Source: an uncultured Candidatus Peribacteria bacterium (GTDB lineage: Bacteria > Patescibacteriota > Gracilibacteria > Peribacterales > Peribacteraceae). Taken from it: a stretch of DNA of 32,672 nucleotides. Below the pieces are notes generated by a model, which worked only from the letters and a program-made list of their open reading frames with translations, ran no database searches and had not been told where the DNA came from. This document shows positions 17,059 to 24,890 of the stretch, piece by piece (positions within the stretch are counted from its first letter, which is position 1; the number at the start of each line of letters is the position of its first letter). Both the position numbers and the translations under genes were made by a program. The DNA is taken from positions 1-32,672 of the forward strand of contig CAZDEA010000005.1 of the NCBI GenBank assembly GCA_964504485.1, written 5' to 3'.

Positions 17059-18327
17059 ATGCGCAAACTCTTCTCTTCCATCCTCGCGACTCTCGCCCTG
17101 CTTCACCCGCTCGTGGCCTTTGCTGCGCCGCCAAGCGTGACAGGTCTCCAGGCGAACTACGCCAATGGCGTGATCTCTGTGAATTGGATGGCTTCGGAAG
17201 ATCTGACGGTTGCGTACTACCGCGTGTATTGGAGCAGGCAGTCTATTTTGGAAAACGACGGCCGCTGGGAAGACTTTGATGCAACGCTCGGCAAGGAACC
17301 TTCGTACGAACTCAAGGATTATCCCCAGGCTCCCTCTCTTTGGATTGGAGTAATGGCAGTGACGACGTATGGCGAAGAAAGCCCTGTGTTCACAGAGGAA
17401 GTAAGAGTGGATTTGATGGCGAATGCAGTTTCGTCTTCTTCGTCTGTCTCTTCTCAGTCTTCTACTACTTCTCAGTCTTCGACCTCGTCTGTCTCCTCTG
17501 CGTCAGCCTTGGAACTTCTCTCTGCGCAGGCCGTGTCTGCCACAGGAGTTCTGCTCACATTCTCTCTGCCCATTGGAAAGCTGTCTCAGCAGGATGCAGC
17601 TAAAGCACTCACGATTGTGGATGCATCAGGAAGTCTCTTGCAGCTGCGCAAAATGACGATTACCGATAACACGATCTTGGCAACGACTCTGCCACAGCGC
17701 AGGGAAATCCGTTACGCAGTGAGTGCGAGCAACGTGCTCAAGTCCTCTGTAGGCATGCCATTGAACATGGCCATGAGTCAGGCGAGCTTCACCGGTCACC
17801 CCACAGGACTCACGCCTGAATCGGTATCGAACCAGCAGCAGCCAGTCTTGGTACAGGACATTGCAAACCTGAGCATCCGCGCCGAGCAGCAGCAGGATGG
17901 TACGTACATCGTGACAGCCAATTGGATTCCACGCGATGCGATCGCCAACATCTTTGCGTATCAGATTCGTCAGACACGCGATGGGGGACGCACATGGAGC
18001 GAGCAACAGACGGTGCCTGCCAACACAACGAGTGTTCGTGTGGGGCAAGTTCCTGCCGGGAACTTTGGGGTGCTTGTAAAAGTGATTGGCAATAATGGAC
18101 TCATTTCGCAGGGAACATACGGAGCCATCGAGCTCCCCGTGTTCGACCCGGGTGTGCCCGTGCCACCAGTGACGGGAACAGTGAAAGATCCACCGATCAT
18201 CACGCCCAAGCCACCCAAGGTTCCACAGACCGGTGCGCCTGAGGTTTTGGTTGTGCTTCTCGCAGGTGTAGCAGGAGGGTTCCATGCAGCCAGGAAACGC
18301 CATTTGGCGCTTCCTGAAGCCAAATAA
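17059..18327 (+). CDS. secreted surface protein with FN3-like domains, Ser-rich linker and LPXTG-like C-terminal sorting signal
   Basis: Signal peptide MRKLFSSILATLALLHPLVAFAAP. The pattern YYRVYWS... resembles an FN3 domain. The Ser-rich run is SSSSSVSSQSSTTSQSSTSSVSS. The C-terminus is VPQTG + APEVLVVLLAGVAGGFHAA + RKRH. Confidence 0.8.
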   Translation: MRKLFSSILATLALLHPLVAFAAPPSVTGLQANYANGVISVNWMASEDLTVAYYRVYWSRQSILENDGRWEDFDATLGKEPSYELKDYPQAPSLWIGVMAVTTYGEESPVFTEEVRVDLMANAVSSSSSVSSQSSTTSQSSTSSVSSASALELLSAQAVSATGVLLTFSLPIGKLSQQDAAKALTIVDASGSLLQLRKMTITDNTILATTLPQRREIRYAVSASNVLKSSVGMPLNMAMSQASFTGHPTGLTPESVSNQQQPVLVQDIANLSIRAEQQQDGTYIVTANWIPRDAIANIFAYQIRQTRDGGRTWSEQQTVPANTTSVRVGQVPAGNFGVLVKVIGNNGLISQGTYGAIELPVFDPGVPVPPVTGTVKDPPIITPKPPKVPQTGAPEVLVVLLAGVAGGFHAARKRHLALPEAK

Positions 18328-18396
18328 GAGAGGTGTAGTGGAGAATCGAGGAGGAATGATCTCGTAGAGGTTTTGGGAAACAGATGTACTGGTGGC

Positions 18397-19254
18397 ATGC
18401 CACCCCAGACACCATTTCGCGTACCCCCAAAGACTGCACTGATGATCCTTGCGGCACTCGTGTGCGTGCTGGGAGTACTCACGTGGGAATTGCAAAAGTT
18501 CCCCGACGGTCGTCTGCATTTGTACGCATTGGATGTTGGCCAAGGTGATGCGTTGTTGATAGTCACACCATCGGGCAGAACAATCTTGGTCGATGCCGGC
18601 CCGGACCTGATGGCACTCCAGAGACTCGGGGAGGTACTGCCACTGCTTCGCAGGCGCCTGGACCTGATCGTGCTCAGTCATCCGCACTTGGATCATCTGG
18701 GGGCATTTCCAGACGTTCTTGATCGCTACAAAGTAGGCGCCGCACTGCTCAGTGGCATCCAGTACCCCGGCAGCACGTACATACAGATGCTCAAGCAGCT
18801 CCAGGAACACCGCGTACGCGTGATTGTTCCGGATCCTGCAAAAGATATTGATCTGGGAGATGGCGCTGTATTGGATGTCCTGTATCCCAAACCGGGATTG
18901 TTCGGCAAGAAAGGCTCCGATGATGATGTGAACAATACGTCGGCTGCGATGCGCATTCTGTACAAGGACCAATCGATCCTCCTCACCGGCGATATGGAAA
19001 TACCCGAAGAGAATGCGATCCTCTCCATGGGCGCGGATGTTTCCGCTACAGTCCTCAAGGTTGCACACCATGGAAGTAGAACGAGTTCATCTACGGGGTG
19101 GCTCCTTGCATCACATCCGGATGTCGCGGTGATCTCTGCCGGTCGAAACAACAAATTCAAACACCCAAACACCGATGTTGTGGAACGCTTAAAACAATTT
19201 GGGATGGATATCCGGCTTACGGCGAAAGAGGGGACGATTCACTTGGCCTGGTAA
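18397..19254 (+). CDS. ComEC/Rec2-related metallo-beta-lactamase-domain protein (N-terminal TM anchor, no competence channel domain)
   Basis: LDVGQGDALLI, SHPHLDHLGA and KVAHHGS motifs. The TM segment is TALMILAALVCVLGVL. I prefer ATG 18397. Confidence 0.85.
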   Translation: MPPQTPFRVPPKTALMILAALVCVLGVLTWELQKFPDGRLHLYALDVGQGDALLIVTPSGRTILVDAGPDLMALQRLGEVLPLLRRRLDLIVLSHPHLDHLGAFPDVLDRYKVGAALLSGIQYPGSTYIQMLKQLQEHRVRVIVPDPAKDIDLGDGAVLDVLYPKPGLFGKKGSDDDVNNTSAAMRILYKDQSILLTGDMEIPEENAILSMGADVSATVLKVAHHGSRTSSSTGWLLASHPDVAVISAGRNNKFKHPNTDVVERLKQFGMDIRLTAKEGTIHLAW

Positions 19255-19257
19255 CAC

Positions 19258-22200
19258 TTACGCTTCGACTGCCTTCTCTGCCTTCTTCTTCACTTTGGTC
19301 AGGGCCTGGATTTCTGTCCTCAGTTCGGTGACCCAATCTTTATCTTTGAGCGCGAGAGCTGATTGAGAAATGCGTAGCGTGGATCCGCTGATCTTCCACT
19401 GACTGTTCACGGTAAGCAGCTGCATGATTTCTTTTGCAGTCACATGCGGGGCAAGCGTGAGCACGATCTCCATGTCTTTGCGGCCGCTGTCCTCGGCCTT
19501 TACGCGCACCACTCCACCACGACGGCAGGCCATTTTAAGCCGAAGGATGGCAAAGAGATTACGCACAGGCTCGGGAGGTTCTCCGTATTCCTCACGCAGA
19601 TCCTGCTCGAATTCCGCAAGGATGGATTCATCTTCGCTTCCCGCGAGCTTTTGATACACGCTGATCTTCTCTTCGGATTCTGTAATGTAGAACGAAGGAA
19701 TGAGCGCTTCGATGGGCAGCTGAATTTCCACGGGCTGATCGGATGTTTCGGTTTCGTCCTTGTTGCCGTTACGCAAATCATCCACGGCGTTCTTGAGCAT
19801 GCGCAGGTAATGACTCACGCCCACGGTGTTCATGGTTCCGGATTGGCTGGCGCCAAGGATCTCGCCCGCACCACGGATCTCAAGATCGCGCATGGCCACT
19901 TGGAAGCCGCTACCAAGTTCGCACGCTTCCACAATTGCACGCAGGCGTTTCTTGGCATCGTCCTGGAGCTTCTGCGTGTGGTAGAGGAAGTACGCATACG
20001 CCTGCACCTTGCCGCGACCCACGCGACCACGCAGCTGATACAGCTGTGCGAGACCGAATTTTTCGGCTTCGTTGATGATGAGCGTGTTCGCACGTGGAAG
20101 GTCGATACCGTTTTCGATGATGGTCGAGCTCACAAGAGCCGTGTACTTACCGGCCTTAAAGTCGCCAATGCGTTCTTCGAGAACCTCTGGCTTCATTTGG
20201 CCATGGCCCACCACGAATGTGGCTTCGGGGATGAGCGCCTTGAGCTTTTGCGCAAAGGCATCGATAGTCTCGACGCGGTTATGCAGAATAAAGCACTGAC
20301 CATCGCGCTTCATTTCGGCGAGCACTGCCTGGCGCACAAGTTCATCGGAATACTTACGAACTTCCGTGATGATCGGCAAACGACCAGGAGGAGGAGTGGT
20401 GATGGTCGAGATGTCGCGGAGTTTATGGAGACCTAAGTTGAGCGTGCGAGGAATGGGCGTCGCTGTGAGCGTGAGGATGTCGACCTCGGCACGGAGCTCT
20501 TTGAATTTCTCTTTCTGCTTCACGCCAAAGCGCTGCTCTTCGTCGATGATCACCAGACCCAAGTTGAAGAACTTCACATCTTCTTGGAGCAGACGATGCG
20601 TACCGATCACGATATCGGCATCGCCCTTGCGCAGTTTCTCGAGCGAGACTTTCTGTTCGGCAGGGGAGCGGAAGCGGCTCATCATTTCTATGCGCACCTT
20701 GAACTGCCCCATGCGCTCCATAAAGTTCTTGTAGTGCTGGTCGGCAAGAATGGTGATCGGCGCAATTACGGCAACTTGTTTTCCTGATTGCACAGCCTTA
20801 AACGCAGCGCGCATAGCGACTTCTGTTTTGCCGAATCCCACGTCTCCACACACCAAGCGATCCATGGGGCGGCCGCTTTCCATATCGTTCTTGATGTCCT
20901 GGATGGCTTTGATCTGGCCGGGAGTCTCTGTGTAGGGGAAGGCTTCTTCGAACTTGCGTTGCACATCGGTGTCGTCGCCGAACGAATGACCTTTGCTCTT
21001 CGCGCGGTTGGCGTAGAGATTGAGAAGTTCTTTAGCGATTTCTTTTGTCTCTGCACGCATCTTCTCATTCACCTTCTTCCACTCCGATGTACCAAGGCGT
21101 GTGAGCACCGGCTCGGTGCCTTCTTCTGTGACGTACTTACTGAGCTTATCGGCCTGGTCGACCGGCACGAACAGCTTGTCGCCTTCGGCGTACGTGAGTT
21201 CCAAGTATTCGCGCGACACCTCATCAATTTCTTTCTGCGTCATGCCTTCAAAGTGGCCAATGCCGTGTTCCATGTGCACCACGTAGTCCCCGGCCTGGAG
21301 CGATGTGATGAAGTCGAGTGCGAGTTTGGCTACAGAACGCTGTTTCCCGGCTTTCTTGAGCGTGAAGATTTCACGATCTGTGAGCAACGCACACTGCAAA
21401 TCCGGGTTCTGGAGTGAGTGTGGCAATAGGTCGTCCTCTGTCGCAGAGATAACCGTCACGGCACCCAAGCGCTGATCATCTTCGTTCTCGGCATAGGGCA
21501 CGCGTTCTTCCTTGAGGATTCCCACCAGCTCATCAGCGCGCTTGGTCACCACCAAGATGCTCCACTCCTGCGTGAGCTTGTCGCGAATGTCGTTGAGGAA
21601 ATCGGTAAGTGTGTAAAATTTTAAGACCGAGAGATAACGCAGGTGCACGTGGCCTGCTTCTGTCTTAGGGAACGCAGTGAAGGAAAGAAACACCGGACCG
21701 CTGGGTGGCTCCAAATCATCTTGGTCGTCGAACACCAGCAGACTGTCTTTGTGCATTTGTTCACCGAGCGGCAACTCATGCTCCCAACGCGCAGGGAAAA
21801 TCGGCAGCTCGTCGCCACCAGGGTGGAGCACGCTCATGTCTTCGGTATCCACGCGCTGAATGTTCACCACTTTGTCGAAATCAAACGAGATGCGGTACAA
21901 CGAATCTTCCTGGATAGGGAAAATATCCAACGTATCGCCAATTCTGCGGTACTCGCCAGGGGAGAGGACCAAGTCTGCTCCATGCTGATACCCACGCTCC
22001 AAGAGCGATTCCACAAACTGCGTAAAGGGAACATCTTCACCTTTCGAAAGGATCAACTTCTTCTCCTGCATTTCTTCGTACGATGGGAAAGGTTGTTCGT
22101 ACAACTCTGTGGTGAGGAGAAAAGCTCCTGCCTGTTTCTTCTTGGCATCATGCAACTGGTGCATGGCGAGCAAGAACGACTGCAGCGCGCGGGAAAGATT

Positions 22201-22458
22201 TTCTGGATCATCCATGTTTGGCAGAAACAATTCCTCTGCGGGTGTTTCGAAAAACTGCAGCCAGTGCTTGAGCCCCTCCACACTCGCATCACTCGTCACC
22301 ACTACTGATGGCGCGGGATGGAACGTGAGAATGCGACTGAGTAGAAGTGCTTTGGCGGTCTCGTTGCTCGCACCGGAAATCGTCAAATGCCTCTTCTTTT
22401 GGAGGAGGTCAGAAAGTTCCCGATGTGTCTCGTTCCCGAGCAGGAGCGATGGCTTCAT
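19258..22458 (-). CDS. mfd: transcription-repair coupling factor Mfd
   Basis: GDVGFGKTEVAMRAAF (Walker A), IIDEEQRFGV (DEEQ box), the RecG-like translocase module and a TRCF C-terminal region. ATG at 22458 (MKPSLLLG...). Confidence 0.95.
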   Translation of the reverse strand: MKPSLLLGNETHRELSDLLQKKRHLTISGASNETAKALLLSRILTFHPAPSVVVTSDASVEGLKHWLQFFETPAEELFLPNMDDPENLSRALQSFLLAMHQLHDAKKKQAGAFLLTTELYEQPFPSYEEMQEKKLILSKGEDVPFTQFVESLLERGYQHGADLVLSPGEYRRIGDTLDIFPIQEDSLYRISFDFDKVVNIQRVDTEDMSVLHPGGDELPIFPARWEHELPLGEQMHKDSLLVFDDQDDLEPPSGPVFLSFTAFPKTEAGHVHLRYLSVLKFYTLTDFLNDIRDKLTQEWSILVVTKRADELVGILKEERVPYAENEDDQRLGAVTVISATEDDLLPHSLQNPDLQCALLTDREIFTLKKAGKQRSVAKLALDFITSLQAGDYVVHMEHGIGHFEGMTQKEIDEVSREYLELTYAEGDKLFVPVDQADKLSKYVTEEGTEPVLTRLGTSEWKKVNEKMRAETKEIAKELLNLYANRAKSKGHSFGDDTDVQRKFEEAFPYTETPGQIKAIQDIKNDMESGRPMDRLVCGDVGFGKTEVAMRAAFKAVQSGKQVAVIAPITILADQHYKNFMERMGQFKVRIEMMSRFRSPAEQKVSLEKLRKGDADIVIGTHRLLQEDVKFFNLGLVIIDEEQRFGVKQKEKFKELRAEVDILTLTATPIPRTLNLGLHKLRDISTITTPPPGRLPIITEVRKYSDELVRQAVLAEMKRDGQCFILHNRVETIDAFAQKLKALIPEATFVVGHGQMKPEVLEERIGDFKAGKYTALVSSTIIENGIDLPRANTLIINEAEKFGLAQLYQLRGRVGRGKVQAYAYFLYHTQKLQDDAKKRLRAIVEACELGSGFQVAMRDLEIRGAGEILGASQSGTMNTVGVSHYLRMLKNAVDDLRNGNKDETETSDQPVEIQLPIEALIPSFYITESEEKISVYQKLAGSEDESILAEFEQDLREEYGEPPEPVRNLFAILRLKMACRRGGVVRVKAEDSGRKDMEIVLTLAPHVTAKEIMQLLTVNSQWKISGSTLRISQSALALKDKDWVTELRTEIQALTKVKKKAEKAVEA

Positions 22459-22526
22459 GATACGAAAAAACCGATAATGGCCCGACCTCAAAAGGTGCGG
22501 GTGATTCGAAATACGTTTCTATGGAT

Positions 22527-22535
22527 ATTCTAGCA
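22527..22535 (-). promoter_or_regulatory. extended -10 promoter element TGCTAGAAT upstream of mfd
   Basis: The minus-strand 9-mer is identical to the one at 28991-28999. It lies 68 nt upstream of the mfd ATG. Confidence 0.5.
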
Positions 22536-22570
22536 CACCGTGAATTTTGCACAAGATCCTATGCAAACCA

Positions 22571-22930
22571 TCAGTTTCTTATGCTCATAAGACGAAAGAA
22601 CTCCTGATACCAACTTCTATACGACATGATGTGACTCTGACATTCGTGTTTGGCTAATCCACTCGCCAAAGTGCCAGAGATATACGCATGAAGAAGCTGT
22701 GTATTCTCAGGAGCATCTGCCTCATTTTCACTAATCCATTTGTGCGCATGCTCGACCATTTTTACCATCTCCCTCAGTAGTGCGTGTGGTTTCACAACAA
22801 CCCTTTCTGTATCCGGTAAATATGGATGCTCATTAAAATCAAACCCACACTTCTTTGTGAATTGTAATATTTCTGCGGATGCCACCTCATCTATGTCGCC
22901 AGCCTCGAATTGAAAATCAAGGTCTGACAT
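22571..22930 (-). CDS. 119-aa acidic hypothetical protein translationally close-coupled to dnaN
   Basis: The ATG at 22930 lies 4 nt after the dnaN TGA. The gene shares the low-GC composition of dnaN. No recognisable motifs. Confidence 0.65.
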   Translation of the reverse strand: MSDLDFQFEAGDIDEVASAEILQFTKKCGFDFNEHPYLPDTERVVVKPHALLREMVKMVEHAHKWISENEADAPENTQLLHAYISGTLASGLAKHECQSHIMSYRSWYQEFFRLMSIRN

Positions 22931-22934
22931 ATCA

Positions 22935-24083
22935 TCACTCTTCTTGTAACCGCAGCGGCATGATCAAATGCAACAGCGCCGTATCCTCCGGCAAGGTAAA
23001 TACTGCCGGGCGCATGGCATCGGCAATGTGGAGCACCAGACTCTCACTCCCCACATGACCCAAGAAATCTAAAAGATAACTGGAGCTGAGTGCAATTTTA
23101 TTGTCAGCACCCTGCACATCTACCTCAAACGTTGTTTCATCTTTTCCTGTTTGCGTTTGCGGTGTGGCAATACGCACGTTTCCCTTACTACAACTAAATG
23201 TAAGGGTGTTATTCATTTCTTTTGCAAAGTAATGCATGCGCTTCACTGCTGTTTGTAGGTCATGTGTGGCAAATACCGTATTCGTCGATTCTTCCTTAGG
23301 AATAATTTGTTTGTAATCAGGGAATTTTCCTTCAATCAGTCTCGAAAGAAGATGATTGGGTCCTAAAATAAATTCCACCTGCTGTTTACTCAGTGCAACC
23401 TCCACAGTCTGTTCTTCCATATTGGGTTTTTCACCTTTCTGCTGATCCATAGGATCAATGCCTCCTAAGAGGAGCTTTAGTTCTTCTAAAATCTTTACAG
23501 GAATAATGCAGGAGAATTCTTCTTTGATGCCGCCTGCAGGAATGGTGTATTCCGACAAACGATAGCTATCTGTGGCAGCGAAAATAATGGCGCCCTTTTC
23601 ACAACGGATAGAAACACCAGAAAGTACTGGGCGCAAACTTGTACGTGCCGCTGCAAACGTGACGTAATGCAGGGCGCGCAAAAGGGGAGTGACTGGTAAT
23701 TGAATGGCTATTTGGCGCTCGATGGTAGGAATTGTGGGATATTCACTCGAAGCCTCACCAGAGAGTACTGCTTTGGATTTTTTGGAAACACAACGTAACT
23801 GTGTTCCTTCTACAGTCTCTAAAAGAATTTCTGGATCACTGCAATATTGTGTGATGTTTAAAATTGCCTTTGAAGGAATAGTAATTGAACCTTCGTTTTC
23901 AATAGAAGCTTCAAAACTTGTCACAATACTTAATTCCAAATCTGTTGCACTGACTGTGCAACGTTTTCCTTCTGCGTGAATTAAAATGTTTCCTAAAATT
24001 GGTAATGCTTGTTGTCCACCTATGGCGCGACTGACTAACTGAAGAGCCCGCTGTATGTCCGATGTTCCACAGGAAAATTTCAT
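22935..24083 (-). CDS. dnaN: DNA polymerase III beta sliding clamp
   Basis: MKFSCGTSDIQRALQLVSRAIGGQQALPILGNILIHAEG... has a three-domain length of 382 aa. The C-terminus ...RPAVFTLPEDTALLHLIMPLRL is typical of DnaN. ATG at 24083. Confidence 0.92.
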   Translation of the reverse strand: MKFSCGTSDIQRALQLVSRAIGGQQALPILGNILIHAEGKRCTVSATDLELSIVTSFEASIENEGSITIPSKAILNITQYCSDPEILLETVEGTQLRCVSKKSKAVLSGEASSEYPTIPTIERQIAIQLPVTPLLRALHYVTFAAARTSLRPVLSGVSIRCEKGAIIFAATDSYRLSEYTIPAGGIKEEFSCIIPVKILEELKLLLGGIDPMDQQKGEKPNMEEQTVEVALSKQQVEFILGPNHLLSRLIEGKFPDYKQIIPKEESTNTVFATHDLQTAVKRMHYFAKEMNNTLTFSCSKGNVRIATPQTQTGKDETTFEVDVQGADNKIALSSSYLLDFLGHVGSESLVLHIADAMRPAVFTLPEDTALLHLIMPLRLQEE

Positions 24084-24142
24084 ATGAAGGAAAGAGAATA
24101 TAGTACTTATAAGAATTAGTAACAATAGTAGGCTCTAGATGA

Positions 24143-24405
24143 GTCTCCACATTTCCCTGTGTGATATGTGGAAGAGTAGTGAGAAGCTTTTTAAAACTCG
24201 TTTTCTCTGAATTGCCGTTCCGTTCGACTACTTCTTGTGTGTGGGAGGGGTGTGGAAAACTTGTGGATTTTGGGTGGAGGAAGGCTGTGCAAAGCCATAC
24301 TTACTATTTTGGCTCTGGTAAGAGAAAAACATAGAGTGGGTGTGCACATCACCCGTGGGCTGTGGGTATAGTCAAATAGGGTCTTTCCACAGGCGTTGTG
24401 GATAA
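24143..24405. other. DnaA-box cluster, candidate oriC or dnaN control region
   Basis: There is one perfect TGTGGATAA (24397-24405) and one 1-mismatch box, TGTGGAAAA (24251-24259). Two-mismatch boxes lie at 24143-24151, 24167-24175, 24262-24270, 24361-24369 and 24383-24391. AT-rich stretches lie at 24084-24135 and 24184-24212. Confidence 0.5.
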
Positions 24406-24494
24406 CTTTTGTGAACGATCGGGTGACTTTTTGCACACTTCGGGTGAGAAAAAGCAGCTTTCGAAGGCGACTTCTTAACGGTATAACAGTCCTT

Positions 24495-24887
24495 ATGAAG
24501 ATGTGGAGACCAACATGGGATGCACTCGTCACGCTCTTGGGTGTGGTGCTTCTCCTTCTTCTCACACTCAAAGAATTTCTGCCGATTTCCATCAGCGCAC
24601 CACTTTCGCAGCCTGCCACTTCGACAATAGCAATCATTGCGAGCGGTCTCGTTCTACTTGCCGGTGTGGTTTTTGGAACAGTGCGCCATAAAGAGGCGTC
24701 GCCGTTTATTCTCTCGGGCTTGGGCATCCTCTGTTTGTTGCTCCCAGTGCCGCCGACTCTTCTCCTTCAGGTTATTGCCGTGTGTGCGTTCGTCGCAGTC
24801 GCGGTTTTGAGCATTATCTTCCGTCAGCATTCCTTGGATATTCCTCGTGCTCCTTCTATGGAGGATCTCATGCAGGATGCACTCTAA
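24495..24887 (+). CDS. small polytopic membrane protein (3 TM) preceding the kinase-like gene
   Basis: ATG at 24495 (MKMWRPTWDALVTLLGVVLLLLLTL...). It ends 3 nt before the ATG of 24891..25868. Confidence 0.65.
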   Translation: MKMWRPTWDALVTLLGVVLLLLLTLKEFLPISISAPLSQPATSTIAIIASGLVLLAGVVFGTVRHKEASPFILSGLGILCLLLPVPPTLLLQVIAVCAFVAVAVLSIIFRQHSLDIPRAPSMEDLMQDAL

Positions 24888-24890
24888 TTC

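Noticed and set aside
17430-17500. Serine-codon-rich repetitive DNA, also present at about 31440-31560. I considered it as tandem repeats or a contingency locus.
   Set aside because: The repeats are imperfect and in frame, and they encode Ser-rich linkers of extracellular proteins. There is no homopolymeric or exact short tandem repeat that would shift the frame.
24191-24727. A 178-aa minus-strand ORF across the dnaN upstream region.
   Set aside because: It runs through the DnaA-box/AT-rich intergenic region and is antisense to the membrane-protein gene. It has no RBS and an Arg/Ser/Thr-rich composition.
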